From Bugula neritina (Eukaryota > Animalia > Bryozoa): a DNA stretch of 64,000 nucleotides. Shown in pieces: positions 32,601-49,000 of this stretch. The notes beneath the pieces are model-generated. The model was not told the DNA's origin. It made no database searches and saw only the letters and a program-made list of their open reading frames with translations. Position 1 is the stretch's first letter, and every line of letters starts with the position of its first letter. The position numbers were made by a program, and so were the translations under genes. The stretch is from positions 14,951,675 through 15,015,674 of the forward strand of contig OZ037768.1 of the NCBI GenBank assembly GCA_964035545.1, in the 5' to 3' direction.

Positions 32601-34429
32601 AACATATTGAAAAACACTGCAACACATTGAAACATACTGCAACATACTGAAACATACGGCAACATACTGAAATATACTGCGACACATTGAAATATAGTGC
32701 AACATACTGAAATATGCTGTAGCATACTGAAATACACTGCAATACACTGAAGTATACTGTAATATACAGAAACGTACTGTAACATACTGAAACATACGGC
32801 AACATACTACAATATACTGTGACACATTGAAGTATACTGCAACATACTGAAATACACCGTAACATACTGAAATACACTGCAACATACTGAAATACACTGT
32901 AACATATTGAAATACACTGCAACACACTGAAATATACTGAAACATACCGAAATATATGGTAACCTACTGAAATATGTTGCAAACCACTGAAACATACTGC
33001 ATCATCCTGCAACAAAATGAAATTTACGGTAACAATGAAGCATACTGCAATATACTGAAATATACTGTAACATACTAAGACATACTGCAACATACCGAAA
33101 AATATGGTAACCTACTGAAATATGTTACAAACTACTGAAACATACTGCAACATACTGCAACATAATGAAATATACTGCAACAAACTGAAAGATACTGCAA
33201 CATACTGAAATACACTATAGAATACCCAAATATACTGCAACATACTGAAATATACTGCAAGATACTGCAAAATACTGAAGTACATTGTAAGATACCTAAA
33301 TACACTGCAACATACTGCAACATACTGCAACATATTGAAATACACTGTAACATATTGAAAAACAGTGCAACACATTGAAATATACCGCAACATACCGAAG
33401 TATATGGTAGCCTACTAAAATATACTGCGACATACTGAAATACACTGTAACGTACTGAAATACACTGCAACATACTGAAATACACTGTAACAGATTAAAA
33501 TACACTGCAACACACTGAAATATACTGAAACATACTGAGATATATGGTAACCCACTGAAATCTGTTGCAGACCACTGAAATATACTGCAACATACTGCAA
33601 CATAATGAATAATACTGCAACATACTGAAAAATACTGCAAGATACTGCAACATACTGATACACATTGTAAGATACTGAAATACACTGCAACATACCGCAA
33701 CATACTGCAACGTGTTGAAATACACTGTAACATATTGAAAAACACTGCAACACATTGAAATATACTGCAACATACTGAAACATACGGCAACATACTGAAA
33801 TATACTGCGACACATTGAAATATAGTGCAACATACTGAAATATGCTGTAGCATACTGAAATACACTGCAATACACCGAAATATACTGTAATATACGGATT
33901 CGTACTGTAACATACTGAAACATACGGCAACATACTAAAATATACTGCGACACATTGAAATATACTGCAACATCCTGAAATACACCGTAACATACTAAAC
34001 TCCACTGCAACATTCTGAGATACACTGTAACACATTGAAATACACTGCAACACGGGGAATTATACTGAAATACATTGTAAGATACGGAAACACACTGCAA
34101 CATACTGTAACATAATGAAATATAAGGTAACCTACTGAAATATGTTGAAAACTACTGAAATATACTGCAACATAATGCAACATAATGAAAGATACTGCAA
34201 CATACTGAAATAAACTGCAAGATACTGCAACATACTGAAATACACTGCAACACACTGAAGTATACTGTAATATACAGAAATGTACTGTAAAATACTGAAA
34301 TATACTTCAACATACTGAAAAATACCTAAAAATATTGAAACATACTGATATACACTGAAACATACTGAAATACACTGCAACACATTGGAATATACTGCAA
34401 CATACCGAAATATATGGTAACCTACTGAA
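24551..34429 (+). repeat. Higher-order tandem duplication, period 4804 bp (1618+1728+1458)
   Basis: Offsets 24962/29766, 26593/31397, 27513/32317 and 28308/33112 are all 4804. Both copies carry GGTAGCCTACTAAAAT (28602/33406) and GAAACGTACTGTAAAAT (26127/30931). Confidence 0.92.
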
Positions 34430-37400
34430 GTATGTTGCAAACTACTGAAATATACTGCAACATACTGAAATACGCCGTAACATACCGAAATACACTGCAA
34501 CATACTGAAATACACTGTAACATATTGAAATACACTGCAACACACTGAAATATACTGAAACATACCGAATTATATGGTAACCTACTGAAATATGTTGCAA
34601 ACCACTGAAACATACTGCATCATCCTGCAACAAAATGAAATATACGGTAACACTGAAGCATACTGCAATTTACTGAAATATACTGTAACATACTAAGACA
34701 TACTGCAACATACCGAAAAATATGGTAACCTACTGAAAAATGTTACAAACTACTGAAACATACTGCAACATACTGCAACATAATGAAATATACTGCAACA
34801 TAATGAAATATACTGCAACATACTGAAAGATACTGCAAGTTACTGCAAAATACTGAAATACATTGTAAGATACCTAAATACACTGCAACATACTGCAACA
34901 TACTGCAACGTATTGAAATACACTGTAACATATTGAAAAACACTGCAACACATTGAAATATACTGCAACATACTAAAACATACGGCAACATACTGAAATA
35001 TACTGCGACACATTGAAATATAGTGCAACATACGGAAATATGCTGTAGCATACTGAAATACACTGCAATACACTGAAGTATACTGTAATATACAGAAACG
35101 TACTGTAACATACTGAAACATACGGCAACATACTAAAATATACTGCGACACATTGAAACATACTGCAACATACTGAAATACACCAAAACATACTAAACTC
35201 CCCTGCAACATTCTGAAATACACTGTAACACATTGAAATACACTGCAACACAGTGAATTGCACTGAAATACATTGTAAGATACGGAAACACACTGCAACA
35301 TACTGCAACATAATGAAATATATGGTAACCTACTGAAATATGTTGAAAACTACTGAAATATACTGCAACATTATGCAACATAATGAAAGATACTGCAATA
35401 TACTGAAATAAACTGCAAGATACTGCAACATACTGAAATACACTGTAACATACTGAAATACACTGTAACATATTGAAATACACTGCGACATACTGAAATA
35501 CACTGTAACATATTAAAATACACTGCAACACACTGAAATATACTGAAACATACCGAAATATATGGTAACCCACTGAAATATGTTGCAAACCACTGAAATA
35601 TACTGCAACATACTGCAACATAATGAAGTATACTGCAACAGACTGAAATATACGGCAAGAAACTGCAACACACTGAATTACACTGTAACATACTGAAGTA
35701 CACTGCAACATACTGAACTATACTGCATGATACTGCAACATACTGATACACATTGTAAGATACTGAAATACACTGCAAAATACCGCAACATACTGCAACG
35801 TATTGAAATACACTGTAACATATTGAAAAACACTGCAACACATTGAAATATACTGCAACATACTGAAACATACGGCAACATACTGAAATATACTGCGACA
35901 CATTGAAATATAGTGCAACATACTGCAAGATACTGCAACATACTGAAATACACTGCAACACACTGAAGTATACTGTAATATACAGAAATGTACTGTAAAA
36001 TACTGAAAAATACTTCAACATACTGAAAACTACCTAAAAATATTGAAACATACTGATATACACTGAAACATACTGAAATACACTGCAACACATTGGAATA
36101 TACTGCAACATACTGAAATATATGGTAACCTACTGAAGTATGTTGCAAACAACTGAAATATACTGCAACATACTGAAATACGCCGTAACATACTGAAATA
36201 CACTGCAACATACTGAAATACACTGTAACAAATTGAAATACACTGCAACACACTGAAATATACTGAAACATACCGAAATATAAGGTAAACTACTGAAACA
36301 TGTTGCAAACCACTGAAACATACTGCATAATCCTGCAACAAAATGAAATAAACGGTAACACTGAAGCATACTGCAATATACTGAATTATACTGTAACATA
36401 CTAAGACATACTGCAACATACCGAAATATATGGTAACCTACTGAAATATGTTGCAAACGACTGAAATATACTGCAACATACTGCAACATAATGAATAATA
36501 CTGCAACATACTGAAAAATACTGCAAGATACTGCAACATACTGATACACATTGTAAGATACTGAAATACACTGCAACATACCGCAACATACTGCAACGTA
36601 TTGAAATACACTGTAACATATTGAAAAACACTGCAACACATTGAAATATACTGCAACATACTGAAACATACGGCAACATACTGAAATATACTGCGACACA
36701 TTGAAATATAGTGCAACATACTGAAATATGCTGTAGCATACTGAAATACACTGCAATACACTGAAATATACTGTAATATACAGATTCGTACTGTAACATA
36801 CTGAAACATACGGCAACATATTAAAATATACTGCGACACATTGAAATATACTGCAACATACTGAAATACACCGTAACATACTAAACTCCACTGCAACATT
36901 CTGAAATACACTGTAACACATTGAAATACACTGCAACACAGGGAATTATACTGAAATACATTGTAAGATACGGAAACACACTGCAACATACTGTAACATA
37001 ATGAAATATAAGGTAACCTACTGAAATATGTTGAAAACTACTGAAATATACTGCAACATAATGCAACATAATGAAAGATACTGCAACATACTGAAATAAA
37101 CTGCAAGATACTGCAACATACTGAAATACACTGCAACACACTGAAGTATACTGTAATATACAGAAATGTACTGTAAAATACTGAAATATACTTCAACATA
37201 CTGAAAAATACCTAAAAATATTGAAACATACTGATATACACTGAAACATACTGAAATACACTGCAACACATTGGAATATACTGCAACATACCGAAATATA
37301 TGGTAACCTACTGAAGTATGTTGCAAACTACTGAAATATACTGCAACATACTGAAATACGCCGTAACATACCGAAATACACTGCAACATACTGAAATACA

Positions 37401-40070
37401 CTGTAACATATTGAAATACACTGCAACACACTGAAATATACTGAAACATACCGAATTATATGGTAACCTACTGAAATATGTTGCAAACCACTGAAACATA
37501 CTGCATCATCCTGCAACAAAATGAAATATACGGTAACACTGAAGCATACTGCAATTTACTGAAATATACTGTAACATACTAAGACATACTGCAACATACC
37601 GAAAAATATGGTAACCTACTGAAATATGTTACAAACTACTGAAACATACTGCAACATACTGCAACATAATGAAATATACTGCAACATAATGAAATATACT
37701 GCAACATACTGAAAGATACTGCAAGTTACTGCAAAATACTGAAATACATTGTAAGATACCTAAATACACTGCAACATACTGCAACATACTGCAACGTATT
37801 GAAATACACTGTAACATATTGAAAAACACTGCAACACATTGAAATATACTGCAACATACTAAAACATACGGCAACATACTGAAATATACTGCGACACATT
37901 GAAATATAGTGCAACATACGGAAATATGCTGTAGCATACTGAAATACACTGCAATACACTGAAGTATACTGTAATATACAGAAACGTACTGTAACATACT
38001 GAAACATACGGCAACATACTAAAATATACTGCGACACATTGAAACATACTGCAACATACTGAAATACACCAAAACATACTAAACTCCCCTGCAACATTCT
38101 GAAATACACTGTAACACATTGAAATACACTGCAACACAGTGAATTGCACTGAAATACATTGTAAGATACGGAAACACACTGCAACATACTGCAACATAAT
38201 GAAATATATGGTAACCTACTGAAATATGTTGAAAACTACTGAAATATACTGCAACATTATGCAACATAATGAAAGATACTGCAATATACTGAAATAAACT
38301 GCAAGATACTGCAACATACTGAAATACACTGTAACATACTGAAATACACTGTAACATATTGAAATACACTGCGACATACTGAAATACACTGTAACATATT
38401 AAAATACACTGCAACACACTGAAATATACTGAAACATACCGAAATATATGGTAACCCACTGAAATATGTTGCAAACCACTGAAATATACTGCAACATACT
38501 GCAACATAATGAAGTATACTGCAACAGACTGAAATATACGGCAAGAAACTGCAACACACTGAATTACACTGTAACATACTGAAGTACACTGCAACATACT
38601 GAAATATACTGCATGATACTGCAACATACTGATACACATTGTAAGATACTGAAATACACTGCAAAATACCGCAACATACTGCAACGTATTGAAATACACT
38701 GTAACATATTGAAAAACACTGCAACACATTGAAATATACTGCAACATACTGAAACATACGGCAACATACTGAAATATACTGCGACACATTGAAATATAGT
38801 GCAACATACTGCAAGATACTGCAACATACTGAAATACACTGCAACACACTGAAGTATACTGTAATATACAGAAATGTACTGTAAAATACTGAAAAATACT
38901 TCAACATACTGAAAACTACCTAAAAATATTGAAACATACTGATATACACTGAAACATACTGAAATACACTGCAACACATTGGAATATACTGCAACATACT
39001 GAAATATATGGTAACCTACTGAAGTATGTTGCAAACAACTGAAATATACTGCAACATACTGAAATACGCCGTAACATACTGAAATACACTGCAACATACT
39101 GAAATACACTGTAACAAATTGAAATACACTGCAACACACTGAAATATACTGAAACATACCGAAATATAAGGTAAACTACTGAAACATGTTGCAAACCACT
39201 GAAACATACTGCATAATCCTGCAACAAAATGAAATAAACGGTAACACTGAAGCATACTGCAATATACTGAATTATACTGTAACATACTAAGACATACTGC
39301 AACATACCGAAATATATGGTAACCTACTGAAATATGTTGCAAACGACTGAAATATACTGCAACATACTGCAACATAATGAATAATACTGCAACATACTGA
39401 AAAATACTGCAAGATACTGCAACATACTGATACACATTGTAAGATACTGAAATACACTGCAACATACCGCAACATACTGCAACGTATTGAAATACACTGT
39501 AACATATTGAAAAACACTGCAACACATTGAAATATACTGCAACATACTGAAACATACGGCAACATACTGAAATATACTGCGACACATTGAAATATAGTGC
39601 AACATACTGAAATATGCTGTAGCATACTGAAATACACTGCAATACACTGAAATATACTGTAATATACAGATTCGTACTGTAACATACTGAAACATACGGC
39701 AACATATTAAAATATACTGCGACACATTGAAATATACTGCAACATACTGAAATACACCGTAACATACTAAACTCCACTGCAACATTCTGAAATACACTGT
39801 AACACATTGAAATACACTGCAACACAGGGAATTATACTGAAATACATTGTAAGATACGGAAACACACTGCAACATACTGTAACATAATGAAATATAAGGT
39901 AACCTACTGAAATATGTTGAAAACTACTGAAATATACTGCAACATAATGCAACATAATGAAAGATACTGCAACATACTGAAATAAACTGCAAGATACTGC
40001 AACATACTGAAATACACTGCAACACACTGAAGTATACTGTAATATACAGAAATGTACTGTAAAATACTGA
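34070..40070 (+). repeat. Higher-order tandem duplication, period 2886 bp (1708+1178), about two copies
   Basis: Offsets 34743/37629/40515, 35371/38257 and 36030/38916 are all 2886. Both copies carry GCAAAATACCG (35775/38661), GCAAACGACTG (36453/39339) and CCGAATTATATGG (34565/37451). Confidence 0.92.
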
Positions 40071-43000
40071 AATATATTTCAACATACTGAAAAATACCTA
40101 AAAATATTGAAACATACTGATATACACTGAAACATACTGAAATACACTGCAACACATTGGAATATACTGCAACATACCGAAATATATGGTAACCTACTGA
40201 AGTATGTTGCAAACTACTGAAATATACTGCAACATACTGAAATACGCCGTAACATACTGAAATACACTGCAACATACTGAAATACACTGTAACATATTGA
40301 AATACACTGCAACACACTGAAATATACTGAAACATACCGAAATATATGGTAACCTACTGAAATATGTTGCAAACCACTGAAACATACTGCATCATCCTGC
40401 AACAAAATGAAATATACGGTAACACTGAAGCATACTGCAATTTACTGAAATATACTGTAACATACTAAGACATACTGCAACATACCGAAAAATATGGTAA
40501 CCTACTGAAATATGTTACAAACTACTGAAACATACTGCAACATACTGCAACATAATGAAATATACTGCAACATAATGAAATATACTGCAACATACTGAAA
40601 GATACTGCAAGTTACTGCAAAATACTGAAATACATTGTAAGATACCTAAATACACTGCAACATACTGCAACATACTGCAACGTATTGAAATACACTGTAA
40701 CATATTGAAAAACACTGCAACACATTGAAATATACTGCAACATACTAAAACATACGGCAACATACTGAAATATACTGCGACACATTGAAATATAGTGCAA
40801 CATACTGAAATATGCTGTAGCATACTGAAATACACTGCAATACACTGAAGTATACTGTAATATACAGAAACGTACTGTAACATACTGAAACATACGGCAA
40901 CATACTAAAATATACTGCGACACATTGAAACATACTGCAACATACTGAAATACACCAAAACATACTAAACTCCCCTGCAACATTCTGAAATACACTGTAA
41001 CACATTGAAATACACTGCAACACAGTGAATTGCACTGAAATACATTGTAAGATACGGAAACACACTGCAACATACTGCAACATAATGAAATATATGGTAA
41101 CCTACTGAAATATGTTGAAAACTACTGAAATATACTGCAACATCATGCAACATAATGAAAGATACTGCAATATACTGAAATATACTGCAAGATACTGCAA
41201 CATACTGAAATACACTGTAACATACTGAAATACACTGTAACATATTGAAATACACTGCGACATACTGAAATACACTGCGACATACTGCAACATACTGAAA
41301 AACGCTGTAACATATTGAAATACACTGCAACACATTGAAATATTCCGCAACATACCGAGATATATGGTAAGCTAATGAGATATACTGTAACACGTTGAAG
41401 TACACTGCAACATACTGAAATACACTGCAACACACTAAATTATACTGTAATTTACAGAAATGTACTGCAACATACTGAAATATACTGCAAGATACTGCAA
41501 CATACTGAAATACACTGTAACATACTGAAATACACTGCAACATACTGAAATATACTGCATGATACTGCAACATACTGATACACATTGTAAGATACTGAAA
41601 TGCACTGCAACATACTGAAATATACTGCATGATACTGCAACATACTCATACACATTGTAAGATACTGAAATACACTGCAACATACCGCAACATACTGCAA
41701 CGTATTGAATTACACTGTAACATATTGAAAAACACTGCAACACATTGAAACATACTGCAACATACTGAAACATACGGCAACATACTGAAATATACTGCGA
41801 CACATTGAAATATAGTGCAACATACTGAAATATGCTGTAGCATACTGAAATACACTGCAATACACTGAAGTATACTGTAATATACAGAAACGTACTGTAA
41901 CATACTGAAACATACGGCAACATACTACAATATACTGTGACACATTGAAGTATACTGCAACATACTGAAATACACCGTAACATACTGAAATACACTGCAA
42001 CATACTGAAATACACTGTAACATATTGAAATACACTGCAACACACTGAAATATACTGAAACATACCGAAATATATGGTAACCTACTAAAATATGTTGCAA
42101 ACCACTGAAACATACTGCATCATCCTGCAACAAAAAGAAATTTACGGTAACACTGAAGCATACTGCAATATACTGAAATATACTGTAACATACTAAGACA
42201 TACTGCAACATACCGAAAAATATGGTAACCTACTGAAATATGTTACAAACTACTCAAAACATACTGCAACATACTGCAACATAATGAAATATACTGCAAC
42301 AAACTGAAAGATACTGCAACATACTGAAATACACTATAGAATACCCAAATATACTGCAACATACTGAAATATACTGCAAGATACTGCAAAATACTGAAGT
42401 ACATTGTAAGATACCTAAATACACTGCAACATACTGCAACATACTGCAACATATTGAAATACACTGTAACATATTGAAAAACAGTGCAACACATTGAAAT
42501 ATACCGCAACATACCGAAGTATATGGTAGCCTACTGAAATATACTGCGACATACTGAAATACACTGTAACGTACCGAAATACACTGCAACATACTGAAAT
42601 ACACTGTAACAGATTAAAATACACTGCAACACACTGAAATATACTGAAACATACTGAAATATATGGTAACCCACTGAATTCTGTTGCAGACCAATGAAAT
42701 ATACTGCAACATACTGCAACATAATGAATAATACTGCAACATACTGAAAAATACTGCAAGATACTGCAACATACTGATACACATTGTAAGATACTGAAAT
42801 ACACTGCAACATACCGCAACATACTGCAACGTATTGAAATACACTGTAACATATTGAAAAACACTGCAACACATTGAAATATACTGCAACATACTGAAAC
42901 ATACGGCAACATACTGAAATATACTGCGACACATTGAAATATAGTGCAACATACTGAAATATGCTGTAGCATACTGAAATACACTGCAATACACTGAAAT

Positions 43001-46000
43001 ATACTGTAATATACAGATTCGTACTGTAACATACTGAAACATACGGCAACATACTAAAATATACTGCGACACATTGAAATATACTGCAACATACTGAAAT
43101 ACACCGTAACATACTAAACTCCACTGCAACATTCTGAAATACACTGTAACACATTGAAATACACTGCAACACAGGGAATTATACTTTAATACATTGTAAG
43201 ATACGGAAACACACTGCAACATACTGTAACATAATGAAATATAAGGTAACCTACTGAAATATGTTGAAAACTACTGAAATATACTGCAATATAATGCAAC
43301 ATAATGAAAGATACTTAACATACTGAAATAAACCGCAAGATACTGCAACATACTGAAATACACTGTAACACACTGAAGTATACTGTAATATACAGAAATG
43401 TACTGTAAAATACTGAAATATACTTCAACATACTGAAAAATACCTAAAAATATTGAAACATACTGATATACACTGAAACATACTGAAATACACTGCAACA
43501 CATTGGAATATACTGCAACATACCGAAATATATGGTAACCTACTGAAGTATGTTGCAAACTACTGAAATATACTGCAACATACTGAAATACGCCGTAACA
43601 TACCGAAATACACTGCAACATACTGAAATACACTGTAACATATTGAAATACACTGCGACATACTGCAACATACTGAAAAACGCTGTAACATATTGAAATA
43701 CACTGCAACACATTGAAATATTCCGCAACATACCGAAATATATGGTAACCTAATGAGATATACTGTAACACGTTGAAGTACACTGCAACATACTGAAATA
43801 CACTGCAACACACTAAATTATACTGTAATTTACAGAAATGTACTGCAACATACTGGAATATACTGCAAGATACTGCAACATACTGAAATACACTGTAACA
43901 TACTGCAATACACTGCAACATACTGAAATATACTGCATGATACTGCAACATACTGATACACATTGTAAGATACTGAAATGCACTGCAACATACTGAAATA
44001 TACTGCATGATACTGCAACATACTCATACACATTGTAAGATACTGAAATACACGGCAACAAACCGCAACATACTGCAACGTATTGAAATACACTGTAACA
44101 TATTGAAAAACACTGCAACACATTGAAATATACTGCAACATACTGAAACATACGGCAACATACTGAAATGTACTGCGACACATTGAAATATAGTGCAACA
44201 TACTGAAATATGCTGTAGCATACTGAAATACACTGCAATACACTGAAGTATACTGTAATATACAGAATTGTACTGTAACATACTGAAACATACGGTAACA
44301 TACTAAAATATACTGCGACACATTGAAATATACTGCAACATACTGAAATACACCGTAACATACTGAAATACACTGCAACATACTGAAATACACTGTAACA
44401 TACTGAAATACACTGCAACACACTGAAATATACTGAAACATACCGAAATATATGGTAACCTACTGAAATATGTTGCAAACCACTGAAACATACTGCATCA
44501 TCCTGCAACAAAATGAAATATACGGTAACACTGAAGCATACTGCAATATACTGAAATATACTGTAACATACTAAGACATACTGCAACATACCGAAAAGTA
44601 TGGTAACCTACTGAAATATGTTACAAACTACTGAAACATACTGCAACATACTGCAACATAATAAAATATACTGCAACATAATGACATATACTGCTACATA
44701 CTGAAAGATACTGCAAGTTACTGCAAAATACTGAAACACATTGTAAGATACCTAAATACACTGCAACATACTGCAACATACTGCAACATATTGAAATACA
44801 CGGTAACATATTGAAAAACACTGCAACACATTGAAATATACCGCAACATACCGAAGTATATGGTAGCCTACTGAAATATGCTGCGACATACTGAAATACA
44901 CTGTAACGTACTGAAATACACTGCAACATACTGAAATACACTGTAACATATTAAAATACACTGCAACACACTGAAATATACTGTAACATACCGAAATATA
45001 TGGTAACCCACTGAAATATGTTACAAACCACTGAAATATACTGCAACATACTGCAACATAATGAAGTATACTGCAACAGACTATAATATACTGCAACATA
45101 CTGAAATACACTGTAACATATTGAAATACACTGCAACACACTGAAATATATTGAAACATACCGAAATATATGGTAACCTACTGAAATATGTTGCAAACCA
45201 CTGAAACATACTGCATCATCCTTCAACAAAATGAAGTATACGGTAACACTGAAGCATACTGCAACATACTGTAACATACTAAGACATACTGCAACATACC
45301 AACAAATATGGTAACCTACTGAAATATGTTACAAACTATTGAAATATACTGCAGCATACTGCAACATAATGAAATATACTGCAACATACTGAAAGATACT
45401 GCAACATACTGAAATACACTATAGAATACCGAAATATACTGCAACATACTGAAATATACTGCAAGATACTGCAAAATACTGAAATACATTGTAAGATACC
45501 TAAATACACTGCAACATACTGCAACATACTGCAACATATTGAAATACACTGTAACATATTGAAAAACACTGCCACACATTGAAATATACCGCAACATACC
45601 GAAGTATATGGTAGCCTACTGAAATATACTGCGACATACTGAAATACACTGTAACATACTAAAATACACTGCAACATACTGAAATACACTGTAACATATT
45701 AAAATACACTGCAACACACTGAAATATACTGAAACATACCGAAATATATGGTAACCCACTGAAATATGTTGCAAACCACTGAAATATACTGCAACATACT
45801 GCAACATAATGAAGTATACTGCAACAGACTGAAATATACGGCAAGAAACTGCAACACACTGAAATACACTGTAACATACTGAAGTACACTGCAACATACT
45901 GAAATATACTGCATGATACTGCAACATACTGATACACATTGTAAGATACTGAAATACACTGCAACATACCGCAACATACTGCAACGTATTGAAATACACT

Positions 46001-49000
46001 GTAACATATTGAAAAACACTGCAACACATTGAAATATACTGCAACATACTGAAACATACGGCAACATACTGAAATATACTGCGACACATTGAAATATAGT
46101 GCAACATACTGAAATATGCTGTAGCATACTGAAATACACTGCAATACACTGAAGTATACTGTAATATACAGATTCGTACTGTAACATACTGAAACATACG
46201 GCAACATACTAAAATATACTGCGACACATTGAAAGATACTGCAACATACTGAAATACACCGTAACATACTAAACTCCACTGCGACATTTTGAAATACACT
46301 GTAACACATTAAAATACACTGCAACACATTGAATTATACTGAAATACATTGTAGGATACTGAAATACACTGCAAGATAATGCAACATAATGGAATATATG
46401 GTAACCTACTGAAATATGTTGAAAACTACTGAAATATACTGCAACATAATGCAACATAATGAAAGATACTGCAACATACTGATATAAACTGCAAGATACT
46501 GCAACATACTGAAATACACTGCAACACACTGAAGTATACTGTAATATACAGAAATGTACTGTAAAATACTGAAATATACTTCAACATACTGAAAACTACC
46601 TAAAAACATTGAAACATACTGATATACACTGAAACATACTGAAATACACTGCAACACATTGGAATATACTGCAACATACTGAAATATATGGTAACCTACT
46701 GAAGTATGTTGCAAACAACTGAAATATACTGCAACATACTGAAATACAGCGTAACATACTGAAATACACTGCAACATACTGAAATACACTGTAACATATT
46801 GAAATACACTGCAACACACTGAAATATACTGAAACATACCGCAATATATGGTAACCTACTGTAATATGTTGCAAACCACTGAAACATACTGCATCATCCT
46901 GCAACAAAATGAAATATACGGTAACACTGAAGCATACTGCAATATACTGAGATATACTGTAACATACTAAGACATACTGCAACATACCGAAAAATATGGT
47001 AACCTACTGAAATATGTTACAAACTACTGAAACATACTGCAACATACTGCAACATAATGAAATATACTGCAACATACTGAAAGATACTGCAACATAATGC
47101 AACATACTGAAATACACTATAGAATATTGAAATATACTGCAACATACTGAAATATACAGCAAGATACTGCGAAATACTGAAATACATAGTAAGATACCTA
47201 AATACACTGCAACATACTGCAACATACTGCAACATATTGAAATACACTGTAACATATTGAAAAACACTGCAACACATTGAAATATACTGCAACATACTGA
47301 AACATACGGCAACATACTGAAATATACTGCGACACATTGAAATATAGTGCAACATACTGAAATATGCTGTAGCATACTGAAATACACTGCAATACACTGA
47401 AATATACTGTAATATACAGATTCGTACTGTAACATACTGAAACATACGGCAACATATTAAAATATACTGCGACACATTGAAATATACTGCAACATACTGA
47501 AATACACCGTAACATACTAAACTCCACTGCAACATTCTGAAATACACTGTAACACATTGAAATACACTGCAACACAGGGAATTATACTGAAATACATTGT
47601 AAGATACGGAAACACACTGCAACATACTGTAACATAATGAAATATAAGGTAACCTACTGAAATATGTTGAAAACTACTGAAATATACTGCAACATAATGC
47701 AACATAATGAAAGATACTGCAACATACTGAAATAAACTGCAAGATACTGCAACATACTGAAATACACTGCAACACACTGAAGTATACTGTAATATACAGA
47801 AATGTACTGTAAAATACTGAAATATACTTCAACATACTGAAAAATACCTAAAAATATTGAAACATACTGATATACACTGAAACATACTGAAATACACTGC
47901 AACACATTGGAATATACTGCAACATACCGAAATATATGGTAACCTACTGAAGTATGTTGCAAACTACTGAAATATACTGCAACATACTGAAATACGCCGT
48001 AACATACTGAAATACACTGCAACATACTGAAATACACTGTAACATATTGAAATACACTGCAACACACTGAAATATACTGAAACATACCGAAATATATGGT
48101 AACCTACTGAAATATGTTGCAAACCACTGAAACATACTGCATCATCCTGCAACAAAATGAAATATACGGTAACACTGAAGCATACTGCAATTTACTGAAA
48201 TATACTGTAACATACTAAGACATACTGCAACATACCGAAAAATATGGTAACCTACTGAAATATGTTACAAACTACTGAAACATACTGCAACATACTGCAA
48301 CATAATGAAATATACTGCAACATAATGAAATATACTGCAACATACTGAAAGATACTGCAAGTTACTGCAAAATACTGAAATACATTGTAAGATACCTAAA
48401 TACACTGCAACATACTGCAACATACTGCAACGTATTGAAATACACTGTAACATATTGAAAAACACTGCAACACATTGAAATATACTGCAACATACTAAAA
48501 CATACGGCAACATACTGAAATATACTGCGACACATTGAAATATAGTGCAACATACTGAAATATGCTGTAGCATACTGAAATACACTGCAATACACTGAAG
48601 TATACTGTAATATACAGAAACGTACTGTAACATACTGAAACATACGGCAACATACTAAAATATACTGCGACACATTGAAACATACTGCAACATACTGAAA
48701 TACACCAAAACATACTAAACTCCCCTGCAACATTCTGAAATACACTGTAACACATTGAAATACACTGCAACACAGTGAATTGCACTGAAATACATTGTAA
48801 GATACGGAAACACACTGCAACATACTGCAACATAATGAAATATATGGTAACCTACTGAAATATGTTGAAAACTACTGAAATATACTGCAACATCATGCAA
48901 CATAATGAAAGATACTGCAATATACTGAAATATACTGCAAGATACTGCAACATACTGAAATACACTGTAACATACTGAAATACACTGTAACATATTGAAA

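Noticed and set aside
45077-45090. TATAAT and TATA-like promoter motifs (for example CAGACTATAATAT)
   Set aside because: These are minor variants of the AT-rich monomer with no associated gene or other promoter elements.
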